A stretch of 64,000 bases of DNA, from assembly GCA_951406725.2 (NCBI GenBank), contig OX597836.1, forward strand, positions 24,242,001 through 24,306,000, given 5' to 3'. Shown here piece by piece: positions 31,179-45,276 of this stretch. Position numbers and translations under genes: made by a program. The notes beneath the pieces are model-generated. The model saw nothing but the letters and a program-made list of their open reading frames with translations. It was not told the origin of the DNA and made no database searches. This stretch comes from Octopus vulgaris. Lineage: Eukaryota. The number at the start of each line of letters is the position of its first letter. Position 1 is the first letter of the stretch.

Positions 31179-31366
31179 TTATGTATATATAGATACATAT
31201 ATATGTGTGTGTATTTGCCTGTCTTGTTCCTTGGTTTGTGTCTATGTTTTTCGTCTCTATGTGTTCGACGTCTTTTTGGTGTCCTGTACACATATATGCG
31301 TGTATATGTACATGTAGAGGTAGGTACGTACATATATGTTTATATATATGCATATATTTTATTAAC

Positions 31367-31428
<62 letters not shown>

Positions 31429-31429
31429 G

Positions 31430-31719
31430 TGTGAGTGGATTTGGTAGACGGAAACTGAAAGAATCCTGTCGTATATATGTATATATATATATGTGTGTGT
31501 GTATGTGTGTGTGTTTGTGTGTTTGTCCCCCTAGCATTGCTTGACAACCGATGCTGGTGTGTTTACGTCCCCGTCACTTAGCGGTTCGGCTAAAGAGACC
31601 GATAGAATAAGTAGTGGGCTTACAAAGAATAAGTCCCGGGGTCGATTTGCTCGACTAAAGGCGGTGCTCCAGCATGGCCGCAGTCAAATGACTGAAACAA
31701 GTAAAAGATAAAAGATAAA
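31430..31719 (+). mobile_element. SINE family A, 3' two-thirds
   Basis: Matches body and tail of the 27736 copy. Confidence 0.9.
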
Positions 31720-31995
31720 GATACATACATACATATATGTAAATATGTATGTAAATATGTACAAGTACGTACATTCATGCATATAGACCATATATATATG
31801 TGTATACACACACACACACACATTTATATATGTATATACAAATACATCCACACACACATACATGCTTATATGTACATTGTTATAGTTATATTTCCTATAA
31901 AAATAATATCAAGTAGAAACATTCGCGCGCGCGCACGAAGGATATCCAAGACTATTTAACATAATTTATGTTTAAACATAATTCTGTTTCAGTGT

Positions 31996-32134
31996 CAAGG
32001 AACTTGCTTCTCAACCACATGGTTCTGGGATCAGTCTCATTGCTTTGCAGCTTGGGCACAGGTCTTCTACTATAGCCTCGGCTTGACCAAGGCCTTGTAC
32101 GTTGATTTGGTAGACGTAAGCTAAAAGAAACTCG

Positions 32135-32140
<6 letters not shown>
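31996..32140 (+). mobile_element. SINE family A, 5' part
   Basis: cttgcttctcaaccacatggttc...ttctactatagcctcgg. Confidence 0.8.
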
Positions 32141-32199
<59 letters not shown>

Positions 32200-32563
32200 G
32201 TAGAGAGTAGATGAAACCATGGCGACTGAAGAAGGGTTTTTTTCTTTGTATTAATTGTCCTGTACTCTCTTTTTTTGTTGTTTAAAAAAATGTCCAGTTC
32301 CCTGGGTTTGTGTCTGTTTTCGTTTCTCATTGTGTTCGACGTTTTCTTTTTTTTGGTGTCCTGTACTCATATATGCGTGTATATATACATGTAGAGGTAG
32401 GTACGTACATATATGTATATATATATGCATATGTTTTATTTCATTTATATATATATATATGTAAGTTAGTAAAAGTTAAAGGTAATATATATAAATGGAT
32501 GTATGTGTATGTAGATATATGTGTATACATATATATCTGAGTAGTATATATATATAAATATTG

Positions 32564-32702
32564 GTGGTTGTGTGGTAAAAAGCTTGCTTCCCAACCAGGT
32601 TCAGTCCCACTGCGTGGCACCTTGGGCAAGTGTCTTCTACTATAGGCTCGGGTTAACCAAGGCCCTAGTGAGTGGATTTGGTGGACGGAAACTGGGAGAA
32701 GC
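32564..32702 (+). mobile_element. SINE family A, 5' part
   Basis: ggttcagtcccactgcgtggcaccttgggcaagtgtcttctac. Confidence 0.85.
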
Positions 32703-32851
32703 TTTTTTACCATATAGCCACTTTCTCTGTAAATAATAATAATAATAATATGATGATGATGAAGAAGAAGAAGAAGAAGAAGAATCTTATATATATATAA
32801 TTCGAATACTATTCTTTCCAGCTTCTTTTTCTCATTTGTGTGCTTACTCTG

Positions 32852-32968
<117 letters not shown>

Positions 32969-33354
32969 CATATATACATATATATATATGCATGTATATA
33001 TGAATAAGTAGATAGATAGATACCCACACACACATATATATTTACATACACACACAAAATAATATGGGTCTATTTTATTTCTCGTATAATGTATTACTAT
33101 ATAGACGCACTTTTGTAATCGGATACATGAAAATATATATATATAAATAAATACATACATAACATATATTTTTCCACTCATATATATGCATGTATATATG
33201 TATATATACGTACGCAAGCATGTATATAAATATATACACAAACACCCCCCACTCACACACATACACATACACAAGCACACAGACGCACACACATATATTA
33301 TGTATAAAATTATATATATATATATATGCATAGATATCTCTTATATGCATAGAT

Positions 33355-33452
<98 letters not shown>

Positions 33453-33598
33453 TTGCCGAACCACTAAGTAAAGGGGACATAAACACACCAACATCGGTTG
33501 TCGAGTTATGGTTGGGGGACAAACACAGACATATACAAATACTGAACCGGGGACCATGTGGTTGGAAAGCAAGATTCTTACCACACAGCCTCGCCCGC
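33453..33598 (-). mobile_element. SINE family A, internally deleted copy
   Basis: Head joined directly to the post-microsatellite body. Confidence 0.8.
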
Positions 33599-33602
33599 GT
33601 AT

Positions 33603-33723
<121 letters not shown>

Positions 33724-33770
33724 CATTGATATGTGTATATGTGTATACATACATATATATTTATATATGC

Positions 33771-33865
<95 letters not shown>

Positions 33866-34162
33866 GCAAATAAACAAGTAAAACCGCTAGGGCTAAGTAT
33901 ATGAAATGCACATGTATATATACATGTAAATAGACACAAAACAAAAACTCAAAATATTCAGACGATGAACAACCACGGATAAATATTTAGATATTTGTAA
34001 AATAGTAGAGGAGAATTACACGGAATACAAAGCACAACAACTTAAGGGGAGAAGATATGGCATTACAGGCCCGACGTCTGTTTGAGGGGTCTCGGAATTA
34101 CGCCATAATGTTGGCAGCTGTAGTTTGTTAAACCTTGATTATACGCACCACACACACACACA

Positions 34163-34238
<76 letters not shown>

Positions 34239-34432
34239 ATTAGGGAATAAATGGTCGTCGCACCGATATGGAACACCAGATCTCACTCCACATGAATACC
34301 ACCACAACTGGATGCTAACTTATCTTGTATCTCTATCAATATCATATTTAATATATATATATATATTTATATATGATATATATTGACTATATATTTATAT
34401 ATATACACACATATATACACAGATATGTAAAC

Positions 34433-34496
34433 CACCTGAAGAATTACTGTAACTCGAAAATTTTAAGAATTGAACAGCCATGAAACGATCGTAGTG
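34433..34496 (+). ncRNA. Type-I hammerhead ribozyme fold (PLE type)
   Basis: CAC-CUGAAGA-AUuaCUGU...ACAGccAU-GAAAC-GAUC-GUA-GUG; canonical core, palindromic stem III ACGAUCGU, two mismatches in stem II. Confidence 0.7.
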
Positions 34497-34626
34497 TTAT
34501 ATTAATTATCTTTTTTAATAATTTTGATATATATTTAAATAATATAAATTAATTAATTTTATGTATTGGCTTAAGTTTTTCATTGTATGATTTGCCTAAT
34601 AGTGGTTTTATCTCTAATTTAATATG

Positions 34627-34679
<53 letters not shown>

Positions 34680-34722
34680 AGTATATCCACTGATCTATCT
34701 GTATATTACACACACACACACG

Positions 34723-34800
<78 letters not shown>

Positions 34801-34959
34801 ATATAGATGAACACGATCAGATTTTATATAAATATGCATACATATACATATATTGATGTATATTTGTGTGTGTGTGTAAGTACATAGAGATAAACGAAAA
34901 CTAAATATATCCCGAAGATAATGACATGTGTAGAAGCTTATATATATATATTTATTTAT

Positions 34960-36390
34960 AGAATTGCACTTCCTTTTTGGTTGAGTATAATAAATACAAA
35001 AAAACTAAGGGAAAGATGCATAGCTTTTCTAACTCGATAGCTGTTTCTGGGAGTTTGAAATTATGTAACTGCTTTAGTGCTCATAATTAGCAGATGGAAT
35101 GTGAAAAAATCATGGTTATGCAGCCAGTAGATTGATGCTTAAATATATCACCGTAATGCCGGCTTTATTTTTCAGGTGGGAAAATTGGCAGATGGCAGTT
35201 CACATTGTGCTGAGATAGATTTAAAAGTTGAATGGGAGAAGAGGAAGAAAGGCGTTAAAAACCGAGAGAGGGAAGATGTAGGTGGCTTCGGAAAGAGGAG
35301 TGGGTAGGTAGAAGAAGAGTAAGAAAGGGTAAGAAATAAAAGGTGGGAGATGTGGGGGTGAGGAATCGGTGGACTGGAAAGAAGTAGAAGAAGTGGGTCG
35401 CAGGGAGAAGGGGAGAGTGGAGATAGGTCAGTGTCATGAATGGAGGAGCCACTGGTGGGACATGTAGTTAAAATCAATCAGGGATGGTTGAAGCAATAGA
35501 AAACTAGAGGAAGAGGCAATGAATTAACTAAGGAAAAGAGGTGGGGTAGATAGAGGAGAGGTAGGAGGAGAATAGAGAGGAGTGGATTTTGAAACAATAA
35601 GGGATGGGAACTGGTTTTAGATGAAGTCAGGAAAAGGCATGGGTGTGATTTGATGCACATGGGTGAGGTAAGTGCAGAGGATGATATGCTGAGATATGGA
35701 GAAAGGCACAAAGAAAAGAGAGGGATAGAAAGAGAAGGGATATGTTGCTAGCATAGGTAAGTGGTATGTTATGGCTGAATCGTAATTAGTAGAAATTATT
35801 GAAATTTTACGTAATGGGCAAACGAGGAATAAATTTGTGCTTACATGAAGTGTTTATGTCTAAGAACATATTGAGTAATGAGCTGTGGTGGTGGAGAATA
35901 ACAAGCGATTCCCTTGAACACAACTTATAATGACAGAGATTAGAATTGTTAAGGGGTAGCCTCACAAACTATGAACTAGGATAAGGTATAGGGAATATTT
36001 TATATACTACGTTATAGTGTAAACAGGGACCATCGAGCGGAGAAAGCTAGAAGACCCGGCAATTGCACGTTTGCCTACCATCAGTGGGCTTAGAACTAGA
36101 CCCAATTGTGGTCCTGCTTATATGGTTTGTTATCTCTAGAGAAGCGGATTTGTTATCATTATCGTTGTTGGACTGGGAGACAGTGTCATTGATGTCATAT
36201 ATGGTTGGATTGCTAGTAGTAAGGGCAGTAGTACCTTGTTTGGTATTATTCAATCGAGTAAGGTTCCCAAGGGTTGTATTATTACTATCAGGTCGGGAGG
36301 GATGGGAACCAGAAGGATATATTGTAGGATCTACCGTGAGCCGGCACAGTTTGCGTCTGAAGCAATTATGGATCGTAAATTTAGTGTTCT
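34960..36390 (-). mobile_element. Penelope-like element 3' part: decayed linker and GIY-YIG region plus CT-rich pLTR-like segment
   Basis: Minus strand QTCNCRVF*LSPLDGPCLHYNVVY, then NIPYTLS, KLCSRESLVIL and TSCKHK; matches PLE CNCR..CPLxGxCL..VVY and CxLCLxEK..CRH; GAAACAGCTATC near 35035. Confidence 0.75.
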
Positions 36391-36874
36391 GAAATAGCGT
36401 GTGTGTGTGTGTGTGTAAGAAGAGAGAGATACATGATAAATTATTGAGTGATCTATATGATTTAATGTAAACTCTCTTCACGGGAATATATATATTTCCT
36501 TGCTTTTTGACTGCTGTGGACGCGATTTGAACACATTCTTTCACAATGCCTAACTTTGTCTCACATCCTATAAACATCCGCTTTCAATTATTCTATTTAT
36601 GGAGCCGATGTCGCTAAGTTCAATACAGTTAATTAGATTCCATGCTGTGTTTTCTATTAAGTGTTAGACAATTGTTATATGCATGATGCCCTCTTTCAAT
36701 AGATGCACAAATGTGTGCGTGTGCGTGCATGTGTATGCGGTTGCATGTTTGTGTGTATGTATGTAGGAGCGTCTTTTATGGGAGGATGTCATATGAAAAA
36801 CAATGGTGTCTATATTCAATGATGCCTATATTCAATTAAAAAGATTTTAGTAGGTAGGCCCACACCTATGCCAG

Positions 36875-36990
36875 AGGCAAATGCTCAAGCAGGGGTAACA
36901 CAACTTGTCCACTGAACAGCCACTGCAATGCTGAGACAGTGGTTTACGAGGCAGAAGTAAGAGCAAGAGGACCCAATGGACAACCGAACG
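36875..36990 (+). mobile_element. Penelope-like GIY-YIG N-terminal fragment
   Basis: KCSSRGNTTCPLNSHCNAETVVYEAEV. Confidence 0.65.
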
Positions 36991-38024
36991 TTGACAGATT
37001 CCATGACTAATAGGTTTTTTGAAGTCATTCGTCGATTATTATGATTTTCTGTTAAATATATACTCAATCTATGCTTAATATGTATCATTACCCTTTATTT
37101 TCTGGTGAAAAAATGTCTAGATGGGCTATTTTCATTCAAAGGCTATTAGTGTGGTTCGCTCCAAAAACCTGAAGAATGTGAAATAAAAAAGGAAGGGTGT
37201 TACATAAAATAATGAAAACATAACAATGGTGTTGCCATAGTTTGCAAACCATCTGGGAAAAGTTTTTTCAAAATCCATTCACAGAAAACCGAGAAATCCT
37301 AAATTTCACTGCTAAGCTATTGTCGTGGTTATGGGTGTATATATATATATATATATATATATACACGTAATCATTGATATTTATGTGTATGTCTGAGTAT
37401 GTAATTATACAGATAACTATGTGTATGTTTGTTTAAGCGTGTGTGAGTGTGAGTGTGTTTAATAAGAGTATGTCCATGTGTGCGCGCGAGCGAGCGCGTT
37501 TATCCAAGTATCTGTCTATGTGTGAAAGTAGAAATATATGACCAAGTAGTTTGTATGTTTGACTCACTATCATGAAGTTTTGTGTTCGATTCCTAGACCG
37601 GATGACTCGTTGCATCTTAAAATAAGACATTTTATATCACGTTGACCCACTTTACACGTCTGAAATGGATTTCAATGGTGTTGCAGCCTTCTCTGTCTCC
37701 ATCTATCATCAACGTCGGCAGTTCAAAGCAGGTCACTATGACTTGTCCTGACTTCTGTAGTTACGGATATGTTACCAGTGTCTTGTTTCAGAGCAGTTGT
37801 CTACTTCAGAATATATTATACATCTATAGACTTCTAGCCTACATCATTTATATAGGCAAACATAATGTCTATCTCCAGACATCAATCATAGACAAAAAAA
37901 AAAAACTATATATAAATATATTGCATTGACTTAACGCTTCATTTGAAGTAGTGAACGGGTTTACATGAATTTCTCACAAGCATATGCATGTGTGTATATA
38001 CTTGCATACATACATACATTCATT

Positions 38025-38424
38025 TGTATGTATGTATGTATGTATGTATGTATGTATGTATGTATGTATGTATGTATGTATGTATGTATGCATGCATGCA
38101 AGCATGTAGGTATGTATGTATGTATGGATGGATGGATGGATGTATGAATGTATGTATGTATGTATGTATATGTGTATGTATATATGTATGCATGTATGCA
38201 TGCATGCATGTATGTATGTATGTATGGATGGATGTATGTATGTATGTATGTATGAATGCATGTATGTATGTATGTATGTATATATGTATGTATGTATGCA
38301 TGCATGCATGTATGTATGTATGTATACATGCATGCATGTATGTATGTATGTATGTATGTATGTATGTATGTATGAATGCATGTATGTATGTATGTATGTA
38401 TGTATGTATGTATGTATGTATGTA
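38025..38424. repeat. (TATG)n/(CATG)n field
   Basis: Direct reading. Confidence 0.95.
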
Positions 38425-38966
38425 GTGTCAGATCACTTTTGAGTGCTACTGGTAACATGTAACCCAGTACAACCTGTTGCATGGTCGGGTCGTCGGCGAC
38501 TAAACCGGGAACTCCACCAAGCTTGCTTGGTGAGGAGGGTGTTTATTGGACACCCTGCGGGATGAAAAACAAAACCCGTCAAAGGGCGGAGGAACTCTTG
38601 AGAGTTAACGGCCATCCAATAAATGTCTTAAGGCTGGATCATGCGCGAGGACATAGAAATAATCGGACTGAATACCCGATCGCGCAGTTAAACCATTGGG
38701 AGTGAAGGTCTCCTAGTCTTTGTTAGGGCTAGGAGAAGGTAACTCAGGTAACTGGGATAACTCCGAATAAAACCTGCGGCTCAGTGGTTACCGATGATGT
38801 TGACTTGTTCTTCTTTTCAGATTTTGGCTGCTGTTGCTTAGTGAGTGGGATTGACTCAGTGCACAGCCTTTCCCCTCTTAAAAAAACATCTTCTTGCACA
38901 GGCATTGCACGATAGCAACATTGATTAAGTGCAATGGCCATACACGATAACGAGGGGGTAGCCACC
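38425..38966 (+). mobile_element. ~540-bp non-autonomous RTE-like element within (ATGT)n
   Basis: CTAGGAGAAGGTAACTC...GAATAAAACC resembles the RTE 5' UTR block; tandem-repeat tail; several hairpins; no ORF. Confidence 0.6.
38431..38509 (+). ncRNA. HDV-like ribozyme fold
   Basis: P1 GAUCAC/AUGGUC, P2 CCCAGU/ACCGGG, P3 ACA/UGC with L3 ACCUGU, GG for P1.1, P4 UCG(UCGG)CGA, J4/2 CUAA. Confidence 0.55.
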
Positions 38967-39034
38967 ATGTATGTATGTATGTATGTATGTATGTATGTAT
39001 GTATGTATGTATGTATGTGTATATAAACCAGCGC

Positions 39035-39720
39035 GCTTAAATTTGAAGAGAACGCCTGTATTCCCAAGCCATACCGCAATGAGTAAACAATGGCTTTACA
39101 TCTGACCTTTCAGCATCATCTGACTTGATGTGGAACAGCCTGCTCGTGAAATTAACGTGTAAGTGGTTGAGCACTCCACAGACACGTATACCCTTAACGT
39201 AGTTCTCGGAGATATTCAGCGTGACACAGAGAGTGACAAAGCCGGCTCTTTGAAATACAGGTACAACAGAAACAGGAAGTAAGAGTGAGAGAAAGTTGTG
39301 GTGAAAGAGTACAGCAGGGATCACCACCATCCCCTGCCGGAGCCTCGCGGAGCTTTAGGTGTTTTCGCTCAATAAACACTCACAACGCCCGGTCTGGGAA
39401 TCGAAACCGTGATCCTATGACCGCGAGTCCGCTGCCCTAACCACTGGGCCATTGCGCCTCCACATCTGACTTGATAAACACATGGTTGTTCGTTGAGTTG
39501 ACGATATACTGTGAAGGTAATAGTGTGTAGATTCGGAAAACGGAGGACCTAAATCACGAGGATACCAAAGAACAGCGCGTCCTGCAGTAGGCTAATAGAT
39601 TGATCTATGATGTCTTTTGTGATTGATATTGGAATAAGAAGTGATGCGTCAAATGGAGCCCGAGTAGGAAATGTTTGTTGTTGAAGATGACAGGGACATA
39701 TAGGAAATAAGCCTAAACTG
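39035..39720 (-). mobile_element. Decayed Penelope-like RT fragment interrupted by a SINE
   Basis: FDASLLIPISITKDIIDQSISL and KPLFTHCGMAWEYR resemble PLE FDIxxFYPSI..LL and KSLLFxxGxPW. Confidence 0.4.
39130..39463 (-). mobile_element. SINE family B, 3'-truncated, with 13-bp TSD
   Basis: catctgacttgat at 39117-39129 and 39463-39475. Confidence 0.9.
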
Positions 39721-40653
39721 AGAGGACAGAACCATTCTTGAGAAAATAATGAAAAGCAAATTGCTGCTACACGATTTCAGAGGTTACAAGTGCACCCGAT
39801 TTGGCGTAGTGTGTGCATGGCTAAGAAGGGAGGGCAAGTGTGCTAAAATGTGTGCCAAAAAGAAACCGGGATTTCCTTCTAGCTTCAATAGTGTGCGGCA
39901 CGGTAGGAGGTGAACGATAACCGTTGCGGTCGACATTCGACAACTGGTGAAGGAATTGTACAGTTGTGCAGGCAAGATGTTTAGAGTGTGTGTATGTGTG
40001 TGTGTGTGTGTGCGTGTGTGCGTGCGTGCGTGCGTGTGTGCGTACGTGCGTGCGTGTGTGTATGCGTGTGTGCGTGCGTGCATGTGTGCGTGCGTGTGTG
40101 CGCGCGCGTATATTATTATACGTGTTTGCACGTGTGTATATATACATACATATATGTACATACATAAATACGTGTTTGTGTATGTGCGTATACTATTATA
40201 CATGTGTTTGCGTGTGTGTATATGTACATACATAAATATGTGTGTGATTATGTGCGCATATATTAATATACATGTTTGTGTGTGTGCATATGTACACACA
40301 TAAATACATGTGTGTATGTGTGTGTTTGTGTGTGTGCTTAATATAAGTGCACGTGTGTATAAGTTATTCTCACTACTACTGTCGCCATGCGTCCATATAT
40401 TGACTGCATGAAACTAACGGTAGGGTGCTTTAATGTTTGGCCACACACATACGTCCCCAAGCACACTCACATACACACACACGCACGCACACATACACAC
40501 ACATATAAATATATATTTATATATATAGTGACACATTATGTATATATACAAGTACGCCCACGTAAATATATGGGTGCGTATGCATACGTGTATGTATATG
40601 TATACATATATATGTGTGTGTATGTATGTCTATAAGTATATATATGTATATAC

Positions 40654-40688
<35 letters not shown>

Positions 40689-40715
40689 TGTATGTATACA
40701 CACACACACGTCTAT

Positions 40716-41094
40716 ACTATTTTACTCTTTTACTTGTTTCAGTCATTTGACTGCGGCCATGCTGGAGCGCCGCATTTAGTCGAGCAAATCGACCCCGGGA
40801 CTTATTCTATCGGTCTATTTTGCCGAACCGCTAGGTGACGGGGACGTAAACACACCAACATCGGTTGTCAAGCAATGCTAGGGGGACAAACACAGACACA
40901 CAAACACACACACATATATATATACATATATACGACAGGCTTCTTTCAGTTTCCGTCTACTAAATCCACTCACAAGGCTTTGGCTGCCCGGGGCTATAGC
41001 AGAAGACACTTGCCCAAGATGCTACGCAGTGGGACTGAACCCGGAACCATGTGGTTGGTTAGCAAGCTACTTACCACACAGCCACTCCTGCGCC
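40716..41094 (-). mobile_element. SINE family A, near full length, with ~9-bp TSD
   Basis: cacgtctat at 40707-40715 and 41094-41102. Confidence 0.9.
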
Positions 41095-41320
41095 ACGTCT
41101 ATGTACATACATGGCTAATAATTATATGCTGTTCGCGTAAGAGCATTATAGATGATAGAAAATCGGAAGCCATATGCTAACAACAGTGAAGTGTCTTGTT
41201 TAAGGAACTTAGAATTGCGTCTTCTATTCCTTTCGTATGGTGATTCCATTAGCGTTTGACTGCACGGAATGAACTATTGGTCTGTGCGACGGGGTGTCGG
41301 ATTTTCGAGTGCTTGTGTGG

Positions 41321-41384
<64 letters not shown>

Positions 41385-42395
41385 TTACGTGCGTCTTTTC
41401 TTGCCGATATGTAAGTATTTGTGTGGCAGTGTGTAGATGTGCGTGCATCAATGTACATAGACCAATTACGATAGCGCAACCCGTTTCTTTCGCTAGAATC
41501 ACTGAGCTCTGTTTGAAATGTCCCTTAATCAGTTTTACAGATATTTCTATTAATGGTAAAGTGTAAGTCTTACACCATTAGCAGCACGATGTATGTTTTG
41601 TCTGGACCTCTTTTGAAAGCGCAGACACTCTGTCAACACTCTGCAAACTTTGTATGGTATATGTAAATATTCGTTTCCACAATAAACTGTTTATCTATTT
41701 ATCATGTTGGTGTCATAGTGCTACACAGATAATTGGAAATCTTTGAAAATTCCTTTGAAGTCGTTCTTTTTTCTTCTTTCTATAGTTACTGGTGCTACTG
41801 TGTTGGTGTTGATGTTGTTACAGTTGTTGTTGTTGTTGCTGTTGTTGTTGTTGTTGTTTTCTCACCCACACTCAACATGCCTTCCTACCATCACACAACA
41901 TTGCATCTGTGAACCCAAGCCCTGTGTGTGGCTCAGTGTGCCTCGTGTAACCACAGTTTTGTAATGAAAGCTTTGCAGACACATACAGTTGCAGTGTTGT
42001 TATCTCTGATGAACGCAATACCCGATATTCAAGCGTTATATCATGTCACCACGTTCGGGCAAACATTTTCTAAAACGACGACGAATCGATCAAACGCCGA
42101 GGCCCGTCCATTGTGCATGCATTTATCCAATAGAAATTTGGACACAGGTAAGCTGACCAATCATATTAGAACTTATTGTCGTTATGATGCGCAGAAATAC
42201 AGGCGTTGGTGATGTAAAAGTTGAACACATATGCACACGCAAACACACATACGCACACAGATATGCAACGCAAACGTATATATGCATATATACATGTATA
42301 AAAACAGAGACACACACACACATATATATATACATATAAATATTCTTGCACACATCTATGCATATTTACTTAAATGTGCGTGCGTGATATGTGTG

Positions 42396-42448
<53 letters not shown>

Positions 42449-42523
42449 GTGCGATCGCGAGCGAGTGAGTGTAGAGTGTATGTGTAACAAATGCATTATA
42501 TTTATTTTATTTATATAGATATA

Positions 42524-42679
42524 AGCGCAGCCGTGTCTGTGTGGTAAGAAGCTTGCTTCCCAACAACATGGTTCCGGGTTCAGTCTCACTGCGTGGCACC
42601 TTGGGCAAGGGTCTTTTACCATAGCCTCGGGCTACCCAAAGCCTTGTGAGTGGACTTGGTATACGAAACTGAAAGAAGA

Positions 42680-42723
<44 letters not shown>

Positions 42724-42905
42724 TGTTTGTGTATGTATGTATTTGTGTCTGTGTTTGCCCCCTTCCCCCATCATCGCTTGACAACCGATGTTGGTGTGTT
42801 TACGTCCACGTAACTTAGCGGTTCGGCAAAACAGACCGATAGAATAAGTAATAGGCTTACAAAGAGTAAGTCAAATAACTGAAACGAGAAAGAATAAAGA
42901 AAAAG
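42524..42905 (+). mobile_element. SINE family A
   Basis: Head, expanded internal (TA)n and partly deleted tail. Confidence 0.9.
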
Positions 42906-43344
42906 AATATGTATGAGTGTTCGCATGCATATAAGCAAAAGCACGACCGTGCCTGCGCCCATACATACAACCACATGCACACATGCACACTCAGAGTCAC
43001 ACACGTGCGATCAGAAAGAGAGAGACAGATAGAGAGAGAGAGACAGAGAGACAGAGAGAGAGTAACTATGACTCATAGCATTCACCCTAAAGCGGTTTCT
43101 TCAGACTGTCCGAATAATCAACGTCGTTGCGAAATATATAAGTTAGCTACGTATTGTTATGTAATAAAAACTTGTTAGATTAAACCTACAATTTCACATG
43201 GTTCTCCTATACACACTCATAACATCAATAGTGAGCGTTAACAATTTCTATAAAATATAGGCCTGTCAATTACAAGGTATGTATGTATCTGTATCGATCG
43301 ACCGTGGTCGAGACAATGGAATTTACTGTTACGCCAGATTGATT

Positions 43345-43347
43345 GAT

Positions 43348-43426
<79 letters not shown>

Positions 43427-43427
43427 C

Positions 43428-43462
<35 letters not shown>

Positions 43463-43503
43463 CAGATAGATAGATAAATAGATAGATAGATAGATAGATA
43501 TAT

Positions 43504-43535
<32 letters not shown>

Positions 43536-43660
43536 GAATGGATAGATAGACAGTCAAACACACAGACAGAAAGATGAATGCATGCGAATACAGAGAGATG
43601 TTAACATATATACGGTGTGTATATGTGTGTGTGTATCATATATATATATATATATATATA

Positions 43661-43721
<61 letters not shown>

Positions 43722-43739
43722 TTTAAATATCTATATATA

Positions 43740-43792
<53 letters not shown>

Positions 43793-43862
43793 TTCTAAAT
43801 ATATATATATAGATATATCTAGAGAGAGAGAGATGTGTGTGTGTTATATATATATATATATA

Positions 43863-43903
<41 letters not shown>

Positions 43904-44065
43904 CTGAGTGAGTGTGTGTGTGTTTCAATGTATGCATGTATAAATGTGTTTATGCGTGTATACGTATTAATAGATAGTTAGATAGATTGAGAGAGAGAAA
44001 GAGAGGGAGAGAGAGCAGGAATTACAAATATATATAAATGCATATATTTATAAGCTTATGTGGAA

Positions 44066-44104
<39 letters not shown>

Positions 44105-44164
44105 GTATATTTATATTTATATTTATATTTATATATATGGCATATATATATTAATACTTATAAC

Positions 44165-44204
<40 letters not shown>

Positions 44205-44434
44205 CTCGCATATAATATAAATTTATATACATATTTATACATATGTGCATGTGTTTGTGTTACAAAAACAAATATCAGATTTGTGAAGTATGTAAATATA
44301 TATAATTTCCATTGGGGAACATTCATCTGATATGGAATTCGTTAGAGTATAAAGATATAGCAATATCTGTATGTGTGTGCATGTACATGTGCATATGTAT
44401 ATGTGTGTATATGTATATAAATGTATGTGTATAT

Positions 44435-44468
<34 letters not shown>

Positions 44469-44785
44469 ACATTTCAGTGGCTGTGTGGTAAGTAGCTTGC
44501 TTACCAACCACATGGTTCAGAGTATACCCCCACTGCGTGGCACCTTGGGCAAATGATATATATGTATATATTATATGTATATATATATATGTATGTATGT
44601 ATATATGTATATACATATATATATACATATATATATACATATATATATGTATATACATATATATATACATATATATATATATATACATATATATATGTTC
44701 ATATACATATAATATATACATATATACATATATATGTATATATATATAATATACAAATATATATATATATATAAACATACATATA

Positions 44786-44838
<53 letters not shown>

Positions 44839-44872
44839 ATACATACATATATATATGCCTATACATATATAC

Positions 44873-44939
<67 letters not shown>

Positions 44940-45050
44940 CATATATATACATATATATATACATGTACATATAAATACAGGTATATATATATATATATAC
45001 GCATACATATATATATACATACGTATACACTCACACACATACATACACTT
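43345..45050. repeat. Compound microsatellite field with a SINE A head at ~44476-44552
   Basis: Direct reading. Confidence 0.9.
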
Positions 45051-45276
45051 CTCCATCACTACATCCACGCACCTTTACATGTTTATTCAGTAAAATACAC
45101 ACAGCAACTCTAGACTGAATGATTAATGATTTAATATGTTTATAATATTCTTATATGTTTATAATATCGTTATATATTTATAATATTGTTTATGTTCTCA
45201 TATTAATTTTTCTCTTTCTCTTTCTGTTCCAGTTGTTTAGGTAGATTATAACTATGCAATAATTATAATAATAATC

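Noticed and set aside
45134-45197. ~19-bp unit repeated three times; also considered CRISPR-like arrays window-wide
   Set aside because: Simple AT-rich tandem repeat without spacers; no repeat-spacer array or cas/TnpB/Fanzor-like ORF recognised
45233-45240. Possible 8-nt micro-exon after a strong pyrimidine tract
   Set aside because: Weak donor (gtagat) and no supporting frame
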